A stretch of DNA of 64,000 bases from Eledone cirrhosa. Taxonomy: Eukaryota. The DNA lies in the NCBI GenBank assembly GCA_964016885.1, contig OZ024742.1, positions 163,618,001-163,682,000 on the forward strand, in the 5' to 3' direction. Shown here piece after piece: positions 1 through 11,100 of this stretch (the first letter of the stretch is position 1; each line of letters opens with the position of its first letter). A program made the translations under genes and the position numbers. The notes below the pieces were generated by a model. It saw nothing but the letters and a program-made list of their open reading frames with translations. It made no database searches and was not told the DNA's origin.

Positions 1-54
1 CTGGAAAATATGTCTCCTTGGACGGCTGGATATTATCTACCCTTGGACGGCTGG

Positions 55-79
55 AAATTATCTCCCCTTGGACGGCTGG
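55..79 (+). repeat. Representative type A monomer AAATTATCTCCCCTTGGACGGCTGG (25 bp)
   Basis: Read directly; TCTCCCC occurs at 61 and 86 (period 25). Occurs in runs of 1 to ~16 units throughout the window. Confidence 0.98.
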
Positions 80-156
80 AAATTATCTCCCCTTGGACGG
101 CTAGATATTACCTCCCCTTGGACGGCTGGAAATTATCTCGCCTTGATTTTTTTTAC

Positions 157-183
157 AAATTATCTCCCCCTGATTTTTTTTAC
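157..183 (+). repeat. Representative type B monomer AAATTATCTCCCCCTGATTTTTTTTAC (27 bp; T-tract varies T7-T10)
   Basis: Read directly. Occurs in runs of 1 to ~14 units alternating with A runs. Confidence 0.98.
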
Positions 184-236
184 AAATTATCTCCCCCTGA
201 TTTTTTTACAAATTATCTCCCCATGATTTTTCTACA

Positions 237-334
237 AATTATCTCCGCCTAATTTTTTTAAATATTATCTTCCCTTGGCTGGCGGGAAATTATCTCCCCT
301 TTGACGGCTGAAAATTATCTCCCCTTGGACGGCT
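237..334 (+). repeat. Example of recurring phrase P4: ccgcctaatttttttaaatattatcttcccttggctggcggg / ggctgaaaatt / A
   Basis: Same ordered variants recur at ~2380, 7640, 8288, 9870, 10900, 18920, 31178, 36602, 44495, 50148 and elsewhere. Confidence 0.9.
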
Positions 335-884
335 GGAAATTATCTCCCCTTGATTTTTTTACAAATTATCTCCCCCTGATTATTTTTTACAAATTATCTC
401 CCCCTGATTTTTTTTTACAAATTATCTCCCTCTGATTTTTTTTACAAATTATCTCCCCCTGATTTTTTTACAAATTATCGCCCCTTGGCTGGCTGGAAAT
501 TATCTCCCCTTGGAGGCTGGAATTTATCACCCCTTGGACGGTTAGAAATTACCTCTCCTTGGACGGCTGGAAAATATGTCTCCTTGGACGGCTGGAAATT
601 ATCTCCCCTTGGACGGCTGGAAATTATCTCCCCTTGGACGGCTGGAAATTATCTCTCCTCGGACGGCTAGAAATTACCTCTCCTTGGACGGCTGAAAATT
701 ATCTCCCCTTGGACGGCTGGAAATTATCTCCCCTTGATTTTTTTTACAAATTATCTCCCCCTGATTTTTTTTTACAAATTATCTTCCCCTGATTTTTTTT
801 TACAAATTATCTCCCCCTGATTTTTTTTTACAAATTATCTCCCCCTGATATTTTTTACAAATTATCTCCCCCTGATTTTTTTAC

Positions 885-1083
885 AAATTATCTCCCCTTG
901 GCTGGCTGGAAATTATCTCCCCTTGGAGGCTGGAATTTATCTCCCCTTGGACGGCTAGAAATTACCTCGCCTTGGACGGCTGGAAAATATGTCTCCTTGG
1001 ACGGCTGGAAATTATCTCCCCTTGGACGGCTGGAAATTATCTCCCCTTGGACGGCTAGATATTACCTCCCCTTGGACGGCTGG
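885..1083 (+). repeat. Example of recurring phrase P1: ggctggctgg / ggaggctggaattt / ctagaaattacctc / aaaatatgtctcc / ... / ctagatattacc / A
   Basis: Marked by the many ORFs starting MAGWKLSPLGGWNLSP (485, 898, 5780, 6635, 7881, 8528, 10110, 16517, 17085, 30850 and others). Confidence 0.92.
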
Positions 1084-1442
1084 AAATTATCTCCCCTTGA
1101 TTTTTTTTTACAAATTATCTCCCCCTGATTTTTTTTTACAAATTATCTCCCCCTGATTTTTTTTTACGAATTATCTCCCCCTGATTTTTTTTACAAATTA
1201 TCTCCGCCTGATTTTTTTAAAAAAATTATCTCCCCTTGGACGGCTGGAAATTATCTCCCCTTGATTTTTTTTACAAATTATCTCCCCCTGATTTTTTTTT
1301 ACAAATTATCTCCCCCTGATTTTTTTTTACAAATTATCTACCCCTGATTTTTTTTTACAAATTATCTCCCCCTGATTTTTTTTACAAATTATCTCCCCCT
1401 GATTTTTTTTTTACAAATTATCTTCGCCTGATTTTTTTAAAA

Positions 1443-1567
1443 AAATTATCTCCCCTTGGACGGCTGGAAATTATCTCCCCTTGGACGGCTGGAAATTATC
1501 TCCCCTTGGACGGCTAGAAATTACCTCTACTTGGACGGCTGAAAATTATCTCCCCTTGGACGGCTGC
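1443..1567 (+). repeat. Example of recurring phrase P5: A / A / ctagaaattacc / ctgaaaatt / ctgcaaatt
   Basis: Recurs at ~12650, 15395, 17715, 20284, 24419, 37775, 48818, 50940, 59950. Confidence 0.85.
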
Positions 1568-1677
1568 AAATTATCTCCCCTTGATTTTTTTTACAAATTA
1601 TCTCCCCCTGATTTTTTTTTACAAATTATCTCCCCTTGATTTTTTTTCTACAAATTATCTCCCCCTGATTTTTTTTA

Positions 1678-1880
1678 CAATCTCCGCCTGATTTTTTAAA
1701 AAATTATCTTCCCTTGGCTGGCGGGAAATTATCTCCCCTTGGACGGCTGGAAATTATCTCCCCTTGGAAGGATGGAAATTATCTCCCCTTGGACGGCTGG
1801 AAATTATCTCCCCTTGCACGGCTGGAAATTATCTCCCCTTGGACAGCTGGAAATTATCTGCCCTTGATTTTGTTTTTACA
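1678..1880 (+). repeat. Example of recurring phrase P2: acaatctccgcc entry / cttcccttggctggcggg / A / ggaaggatgg / A / A or gcacgg / ggacagctgg / ctgcccttgattttgttttt exit
   Basis: Marked by ORFs MAGGKLSPLGRLEIISPWKDG at 1714, 7020, 9249, 12173, 18095, 20664, 22175, 24799, 27970, 30121, 32613, 35547, 38046, 45457, 47274, 49200, 56285, 58210. Confidence 0.92.
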
Positions 1881-2080
1881 AATTATCTCCCCCTGATTTT
1901 TTTTACAAATTATCTCCACCTGATTTTTTAAAAAATTATCTCCCCTTGGACGGCTGGAAATTATCTCCCCTTGGCTGGAAATTATCTCTCCTTGGACGGC
2001 TGGAAATTATCTCCCTTTGATTTTTTTTACAAATTATCTCCCTCTGAATTTTTACAAATTTCCCCCTGATTTAAAAAAAA

Positions 2081-2179
2081 AAATTATCTCCCCTTCGCTG
2101 GCTGGAAATTATCTCCCCTTGGACACTGGAAATTATAGCCCCTTGGAGGGCTGGAAATTATCTTCCCTTGGACGGCTGG
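2081..2179 (+). repeat. Example of recurring phrase P3: cttcgctggctgg / ggacactgg or ggacgctgg / tatagcccc ggagggctgg / cttccc A
   Basis: Recurs at ~4636, 6046, 14374, 19427, 23506, 25562, 26336, 29738, 30441, 32932, 35867, 38413, 40843, 42253, 49675, 52692, 54493, 58684, 61700, 63529. Confidence 0.92.
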
Positions 2180-5100
2180 AAATTATCTCCCCTTGATTTT
2201 TTTTACAAATTATCTCCCCCTGATTTTTTTTTACAAATTATCTACCCCTGATTTTTTTTTACAAATTATCTCCCCCTGATTTTTTTTACAAATTATCTCC
2301 CCCTGATTTTTTTTACAAATTATCTCCCCCTGATTTTTTTACAAATTATCTCCCCCTGATTTTTTTTACAAATTATCTCCGCCTAATTTTTTTAAATATT
2401 ATCTTCCCTTGGCTGGCGGGAAATTATCTCCCCTTGGACGGCTGAAAATTATCTCCCCTTGGACGGCTGGAAATTATCTCCCCTTGATTTTTTTACAAAT
2501 TATCTCCCCCTGATTATTTTTTACAAATTATCTCCCCCTGATTTTTTTTACAAATTATCTCCCCCTGATTTTTTTTACAAATTATCTCCCCCTGATTTTT
2601 TTTTTACAAGTTATCTCCGCCTGATTTTTTTTACAAATTATCTCCCCCTGATTTTTTTACAAATTATCTCCCCCTGATTTTTTTTACAAATTATCTCCGC
2701 CTAATTTTTTTAAATATTATCTTCCCTTGGCTGGCGGGAAATTATCTCCCCTTGGACGGCTAGAAATTACCTCTCCTTGGACGACTGAAAATTATCTCCC
2801 CTTTGACAGCTGCAAATTATCTCCCCTTGATTTTTTTTACAAATTATCTCCGCCTGATTTTTTTTAAAAAATTATCTCCCCTTGGACGGCTGGAAATTAT
2901 CTCCCCTTGGACGGCTGGAAATTGTCTCCCCTTGGACGGCTAGAAATTACCTCTCCTTGGACGGCTGAAAATTATCTCCCCTTGGACGGCTGGAAATTAT
3001 CTCCCCTTGATTTTTTTACAAATTATCTCCGCCTGATATTTTTTTACAAATTATCTCCCCCTGATTTTTTTTTACAAATTATCTCCCCCTGATTTTTTTT
3101 TACAAATTATCGCCCCCTGATTTTTTTTTACAAATTATCTCCCCCTGATTTTTTTACAAATTATCTCCCCCTGATTTTTTTTACAATCTCCGCCTGATTT
3201 TTTTAAAAATTATCTTCCCTTGGCTGGCGGGAAATTATCTCCCCTTGGACGGCTGGAAATTATCTCCCCTTGGACGGCTGGAAATTATCTCCCCTTGGAC
3301 GGCTAGAAATTACCTCTCCTTGGACGGCTGAAAATTATCTCCCCTTGGACGGCTGCAAATTATCTCCCCTTGATTTTTTTTACAAATTATCTCCCCCTGA
3401 TTTTTTTTTACAAATTATCTCCCCCTGATTTTTTTTTACAAATTATCTACCCCTGATTTTTTTTACAAATTATCTCCCCCTGATTTTTTTTTACAAATTA
3501 TCTAACCCTAATTTTTTATTACAAATTATCTCCCCCTGATTTTTTTTTTACAAATTATCTCCCCCTGATTTTTTTACAAATTATCTCCCCCTGATTTTTT
3601 TTACATTCTCCGCCTGAGTTTTTTAAAAATTATCTTCCCTTGGCTGGCGGGAAATTATCTCCCCTTGGACGGCTGGAAATTATCTCCCCTTGGAAGGATG
3701 GAAATTATCTCCCCTTGGATGGCTGGAAATTATCTCCCCTTGCACGGCTGGAAATTATCTCCCCTTAGCTGGAAATTATCTCCCCTTGGACGGCTGAAAA
3801 TTATCTCCCCTTGGACGGCTGGAAATTATCTCCCCCTGATTTTTTTTACAAATTATCTCCCCCTGATTTTTTTACAAATTATCTCCCCCTGATTTTTTTA
3901 CAAATTATCTCCCCTTGGCTGGCTGGAAATTATCTCCCATTGGAGGCTGGAATTTATCTCCCCTTGGACGGCTAGAAATTACCTCTCCTTGGACGGCTGG
4001 AAAATATGTCTCCTTGGACGGCTGGATATTATCTGCCCTTGGACGGCTGGAAATTATCTCCCCTTGGACGGCTGGAAATTATCTCCCCTTGGACGGCTAG
4101 ATATTACCTCCCCTTGGACGGCTGGAAATTATCTCCCCTTGATTTTTTTTACAAATTATCTCCCCCTGATTTTTTTACAAATTATCTCCCCCTGATTTTT
4201 TTTACAATCTCCGCCTGATTTTTTAAAAAATTATCTTCCCTTGGCTGGCGGGAAATTATCTCGCCTTGGACGGCTGGAAATTATCTCCCCTTGGAAGGAT
4301 GGAAATTATCTCCCCTTGGACGGCTGGAAATTATCTCCCCTTGCACGGCTGAAAATTATCTCCCCTTGGACAGCTGGAAATTATCTGTCCTTGATTTTGT
4401 TTTTATAAATTATCTCCCCCTGATTTTTTTTACAAATTATCTCCACCTGATTTTTTAAAAAATTATCTCCCCTTGGACTGCTGGAAATTAACTCGCCTTG
4501 GCTCGAAATTATCTCCCCTTGGACGGCTAGAAATTATCTCTCTTTGGACGGCTGGAAATTATCTCCCTTTGATTTTTTTTACAAATTATCTCCCCCTGAT
4601 TTTTTTTACAAATCTCCCCCTGATTTTTAAAAAAAAATTATCTCCCCTTCGCTGGCTGGAAATTATCTCCCCTTGGACACTGGAAATTATAGCCCCTTGG
4701 AGGGCTGGAAATTATCTTCCCTTGGACGGCTGGAAATTATCTCTCCTTGATTTTTTTTACAAATTATCTCCCCCTGATTTTTTTTTACAAATTATCTCCC
4801 CCTGATATTTTTTTACAAATTATCTCCCCCTGATTTTTTTTACAAATTATCTCCACATGATTTTTTTAAAAAAATTATCTCCCCTTGGCCGGCTGGAAAT
4901 TATCTCCCCTTGGACGGCTGGAAATTATCTCCCCTTGGACGACTAGAAATTATCTCTCCTTGGACGACTGAAAATTATCTCCCCTTGGACGGCTGCAAAT
5001 TATCTCCCCTTGATTTTTTTTACAAATTATCTCCGCCTGATTTTTTTTAAAATTATCTCCCCTTGGACGGCTGGAAATTATCTCCCCTTGGACGGCTGGA

Positions 5101-8100
5101 AATTATCTCCCCTTGGACGGCTAGAAATTACCTCTCCTTGGACGGCTGAAAATTATCTCCCCTTGATTTTTTTTACAAATTATCTCCCCCTGTTTTTTTT
5201 TTACAAATTATCTCCCCCTGATTTTTTTTTACAAATTATCTCCGCCTGATTTTTTTTTAAATTATATCTCCTTGGACGGCTGGAAATTATCTCCCCTTGA
5301 TTTTTTTTACAAATTATCTCCCCCTGATTTTTTTTTACAAATTATCTCCCCCTGATTTTTTTTTACAAATTATCTAGCCCTGATTTTTTTTTACAAATTA
5401 TCTCCCCCTGATTTTTTTACAAATTATCTCCCCCTGATTTTTTTTTTACAAATTATCTCCCCTTGATTTTTTAACAAATTATCTCCCCCTGATTTTTTTT
5501 ACAAATTATCTCCCCCTGATTTTTTTACAAATTATCTCCCCTTGGCTGGCTGGAAATTATCTCCCCTTGGACGGCTGAAAATTATCTCCCCTTGGACGGC
5601 TGGAAATTATCTCCCCTTGATTTTTTTACAAATTATCTCCCCCTGATTTTTTTTTACAAATTATCTCCCCCTGATTTTTTTTTACAAATTATCTCCCCCT
5701 GATTTTTTTTTACAAATTATCTCCCCCTGATTTTTTTTACAAATTATCCCCCCCTGATTTTTTTACAAATTATCTCCCCTTGGCTGGCTGGAAATTATCT
5801 CCCCTTGGAGGCTGGAATTTATCTCCCCTTGGACGGCTAGAAATTACCTCTCCTTGGACGGCTGGAAAATATGTCTACTTGGACGGCTGGATATTATCTC
5901 CCCTTGGACGGCTGGAAATTATCTCCCCTTGGACCGCTAGATATTACCTCCCCTTGGACGGCTGGAAATTATCTCCCCTTGATTTTTTTTACAAATTATC
6001 TCCCCCTGATTTTTTTTACAAATCTCCCAATGATTTTTTTAAAAAAATTATCTCCCCTTCGCTGGCTGGAAATTATCTCCCCTTGGACGCTGGAAATTAT
6101 AGCCCCTTGGAGGGCTGGAAATTATCTTCCCTTGGACGGCTGGAAATTATCTCCCCTTGATTTTTTTTACAAATTATCTCCGCCTGATTTTTCTTTTAAA
6201 ATTATCTCCCCTTGGACGGCTGGAAATTATCTCCCCTTGGACGGCTGGAAATTATCTCCCCTTGGACGGCTAGAAATTACCTCTCCTTGGACGGCTGAAA
6301 ATTATCTCCCCTTGGACGGCTGGAAATTATCTCCCCTTGATTTTTTTACAAATTATCTCCCCCTGATTTTTTTTTACAAATTATCTCCGCCTGATTTTTT
6401 TTTAAAATTATCTCTCCTTGGACGGCTGGAAATTATCTCCCCTTGATTTTTTTTACAAATTATCTCCCCCTGATTTTTTTTACAAATTATCTCCCCCTGA
6501 TTTTTTTTTACAAATTATCTACCCCTGATTTTTTTTTACAAATTATCTCCCGCTGATTTTTTTTACAAATTATCTCCCCCTGATTTTTTTTTTACAAATT
6601 ATCTCCCCCTGATTTTTTTACAAATTATCTCCCCTTGGCTGGCTGGAAATTATCTCCCCTTGGAGGCTGGAATTTATCTCCCCTTGGACGGCTAGAAATT
6701 ACCTCTCCTTGGAAGGCTGGAAAATATGTCTCCTTGGACGGCTGGATATTATCTAGCCTTGGACGGCTGGAAATTGTCTCCCCTTGGACGGCTGGAAATT
6801 ATCTCCCCTTCGACGGCTAGATATTACCTCCCCTTGGACGGCTGGAAATTATCTCCCCTTGATTTTTTTTACAAATTATCTCCCCCTGATTTTTTTTTAC
6901 AAATTATCTCCCCCTGATTTTTTTTTACAAATTATCTCCCCCTGATTTTTTTTTTACAAATTATCGCCCCCCTGATTTTTTTACAATCTCCGCCTGATTT
7001 TTTTAAAAATTATCTTCCCTTGGCTGGCGGGAAATTATCTCCCCTTGGACGGCTGGAAATTATATCCCCTTGGAAGGATGGAAATTATCTCCCCTTGGAC
7101 GGCTGGAAATTATCTCCCCTTGGACGGCTGGAAATTACCTCCCCTTGGACAGCTGGAAATTATCTGCCCTTGATTTTGTTTTTACAAATTATCTCCCCCT
7201 GATTTTTTTTACAAATTATCTCCACCTGATTTTTTAAAAAATTATCTCCCCTTGGACGGCAGTAAATTATCTCTCCTTGGCTGGAAATGATCTCCCCTTG
7301 GACGGCTAGAAATTATCTCTATTTGGACGGCTGGAAATTATCTCCCTTTGATTTTTTTTACAAATTATCTCCCCCTGATTTTTTAAAAAAATTATCTATC
7401 CTTGGACGGCTGGAAATTATCTCCCCTTGATTTTTTTTACAAATTATCTCCCCCTGATTTTTTTTTACAAATTATCTCCCCCTGATTTTTTTTTACAAAT
7501 TATCTACCCCTGATTTTTTTTTACAAATTATCTCCCCCTGATTTTTTTTACAAATTATCTCCCCCTGATTTTTTTACAAATTATCTTCCCCTGATTTTTT
7601 TACAAATTATCTCCCCCTGATTTTTTTTACAAATTATCTCCGCCTAATTTTTTTAAATATTATCTTCCCTTGGCTGGCGGGAAATTATCTCCCCTTGGAC
7701 GGCTGAATATTATCTCCCCTTGGACGGCTGGAAATTATCTCCCCTTGATTTTTTTTACAAATTATCTCCCCCTGATTATTTTTTACAAATTATCTCCCCC
7801 TGATTTTTTTTTACAAATTATCGCCCCCTGATTTTTTTTACAAATTATCTCCCCCTGATTTTTTTACAAATTATCTCCCCTTGGCTGGCTGGAAATTATC
7901 TCCCCTTGGAGGCTGGAATTTATCTCCCCTTGGACGGCTGGAAATTATCTCTCCTTGGACGGCTAGAAATTACCTCTCCTTGGACGGCTGGAAAATATGT
8001 CTCCTTGGACGGCTGGAAATTATCTCCCCTTCGACGGCTGGAAATTATCTCCCCTTGGACGGCTGGAAATTATCTCTCCTTGGACGGCTAGAAATTACCT

Positions 8101-11100
8101 CTCCTTGGACGGCTGAAAATTATCTCCCCTTGGACGGCTGGAAATTATCTCCCCTTGATTTTTTTTACAAATTATCTCCCCCTGATTATTTTTTACAAAT
8201 TATCTCCCACTGATTTTTTTTTACAAATTATCTCCCCCTGATTTTTTTACAAATTATCTCCCCCTGATTTTTTTTACAAATTATCTCCGCCTAATTTTTT
8301 TAAATATTATCTTCCCTTGGCTGGCGGGAAATTATCTCCCCTTGGACGGCTGAAAATTATCTCCCCTTGGACGGCTGGAAATTATCTCCCCTTGATTTTT
8401 TTTACAAATTATCTCCCCCTGATTATTTTTTACAAATTATCTCCCCCTGATTTTTTTTTACAAATTATCTCCACCTGATTTTTTTTACAAATTATCTCCC
8501 CCTGATTTTTTTACAAATTATCTCCCCTTGGCTGGCTGGAAATTATCTCCCCTTGGAGGCTGGAATTTATCTCCCCTTGGACGGCTGGAAATTATCTCTC
8601 CTTGGACGGCTAGAAATTACCTCTCCTTGGACGGCTGGAAAATATGTCTCCTTGGACGGCTGGAAATTATCTCCCCTTGGACGGCTGGAAATTATCTCCC
8701 CTTGGACGGCTGGAAATTATCTCTCCTTGGACGGCTAGAAATTACCTCTCCTTGGACGGCTGAAAATTATCTCCCCTTGGACGGCTGGAAATTATCTCCC
8801 CTTGATTTTTGTTACAAATTATCTCCCCCTGATTTTTTTTTACAAATTATCTCCCCGATTTTTTTTTACAAATTATCTCCCCCTGATATTTTTTTACAAA
8901 TTATCTCCCCCTGATATTTTTTACAAATTAACTCCACCTGATTTTTTTACAAATTATCTCCCCTTGGCTGGCTGGAAATTATCTCCCCTTGGACGGCTGC
9001 AAATTATCTCCCCTTGGACGGCTGGAAATTATCTCCCCTTGGACGGCTAGATATTACCTCCCCTTGGACGGCTGGAAATTATCTCCCCTTGATTTTTTTA
9101 CAAATTATCTCCCCCTGATTTTTTTTTACAAATTATCTCCCCCTGATTTTTTTTTACAAATTATCCCCCCCTGATTTTTTTATTACAAATTATCTCCCCC
9201 CTGATTTTTTTACAATCTCCGCCTGATTTTTTTAAAAATTATCTTCCCTTGGCTGGCGGGAAATTATCTCCCCTTGGACGGCTGGAAATTATATCCCCTT
9301 GGAAGGATGGAAATTATCTCCCCTTGGACGGCTGGAAATTATCTCCCCTTGGACGGCTGGAAATTATCTCCCCTTGGACAGCTGGAAATTATCTGCCCTT
9401 GATTTTGTTTTTACAAATTATCTCCCCCTGATTTTTTTTACAAATTATCTCCACCTGATTTTTTAAAAAATTATCTCCCCTTGGACGGCAGTAAATTATC
9501 TCTCCTTGGCTGGAAATTATCTCCCCTTGGACGGCTAGAAATTATCTCTATTTGGGCGGCTGGAAATTATCTCCCTTTGATTTTTTTTACAAATTATCTC
9601 CCCCTGATTTTTTAAAAAAATTATCTCTCCTTGGACGGCTGGAAATTATATCCCCTTGATTTTTTTTACAAATTATCTCCCCCTGATTTTTTTTTACAAA
9701 TTATCTCCCCCTGATTTTTTTTTACAAATTATCTACCCCTGATTTTTTTTTACAAATTATCTCCCCCTGATTTTTTTTACAAATTATCTCCCCCTGATTT
9801 TTTTACAAATTATCTCCCCCTGATTTTTTTACAAATTATCTCCCCCTGATTTTTTTTACAAATTATCTCCGCCTAATTTTTTTAAATATTATCTTCCCTT
9901 GACTGGCGGGAAATTATCTCGCCTTGGACGGCTGAATATTATCTCCCCTTGGACGGCTGGAAATTATCTCCCCTTGATTTTTTTTACAAATTATCTCCCC
10001 CTGATTATTTTTTACAAATTATCTCCCCCTGATTTTTTTTTACAAATTATCTCCCCCTGATTTTTTTTACAAATTATCTCCCCCTGATTTTTTTACAAAT
10101 TATCTCCCCTTGGCTGGCTGGAAATTATCTCCCCTTGGAGGCTGGAATTTATCTCCCCTTGGACGGCTGGAAATTATCTCTCCTTGGAAGGCTAGAAATT
10201 ACCTCTCCTTGGACGGCTGGAAAATATGTCTCCTTGGACGGCTGGAAATTATCTCCCCTTGCACGGCTGGAAATTATCTCCCCTTGGACGGCTGGAAATT
10301 ATCTCTCCTTGGACGGCTAGAAATTACCTCTCCTTGGACGGCTGAAAATTATCTCCCCTTGGACGGCTGGAAATTATCTCCCCTTGATTTTTGTTACAAA
10401 TTATCTCCCCTGATTTTTTTTTACAAATTATCTCCCCCTGATTTTTTTTTACAAATTATCTTCCCCTGATTTTTTATAACAAATTATCTCCCCCTGATAT
10501 TTTTTACAAATTATCTCCCCCTGATTTTTTTACAAAGTATCTCCCCTTGGCTGGCTGGAAATTATCTCCCCTTGGAGGCTGGAATTTATCTCCCCTTGGA
10601 CGGTTAGAAATTACCTCTCCTTGGACGGCAAGAAAATATGTCTCCTTGGACGGCTGGAAATTATCTCCCCTTGGACGGCTGGAAATTATCTCCCCTTGGA
10701 CGGCTGGAAATTATCTCCCCTTGGACGGCTAGATATTACCTCCCCTTGGACGGCTGGAAATTATCTCCCCTTGATTTTTTTTACAAATTATCTCCCCCTG
10801 ATTTTTTTTACAAATTATCTCCCCCTGATTTTTTTACAAATTATCTCCCCCTGATTTTTTTACAAATTATCTCCCCCTGATTTTTTTTACAAATTATCTC
10901 CGCCTAATTTTTTTAAATATTATCTTCCCTTGGCTGGCGGGAAATTATCTCCCCTTGGACGGCTGAAAATTATCTCCCTTTGGACGGCTGGAAATTATCT
11001 CCCCTTGATTTTTTTTACAAATAAACTCCCCCTGATTATATTTTACAAATTATCTCCCCCTGATTTTTTTTACAAATTATCTCCCCCTGATTTTTTTACA

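Larger units (their letters stand above)
1..10400 (+). repeat. Copy 1 of a ~10-kb segmental duplication within the array (partner at ~36.36-46.6 kb)
   Basis: ORF offsets: 10/36367 (36357), 898/37230 (36332), 3915/40122, 4473/40680, 7881/44088 (36207), 10110/46318 (36208). Shared rare variants include tctaaccctaa (3501/39708) and ttaactcgccttggctcg (~4488/~40696). Confidence 0.93.

Noticed and set aside
157-236. Rho-independent terminators suggested by T7-10 tracts
   Set aside because: No GC-rich hairpin precedes the T-tracts and there is no upstream gene.
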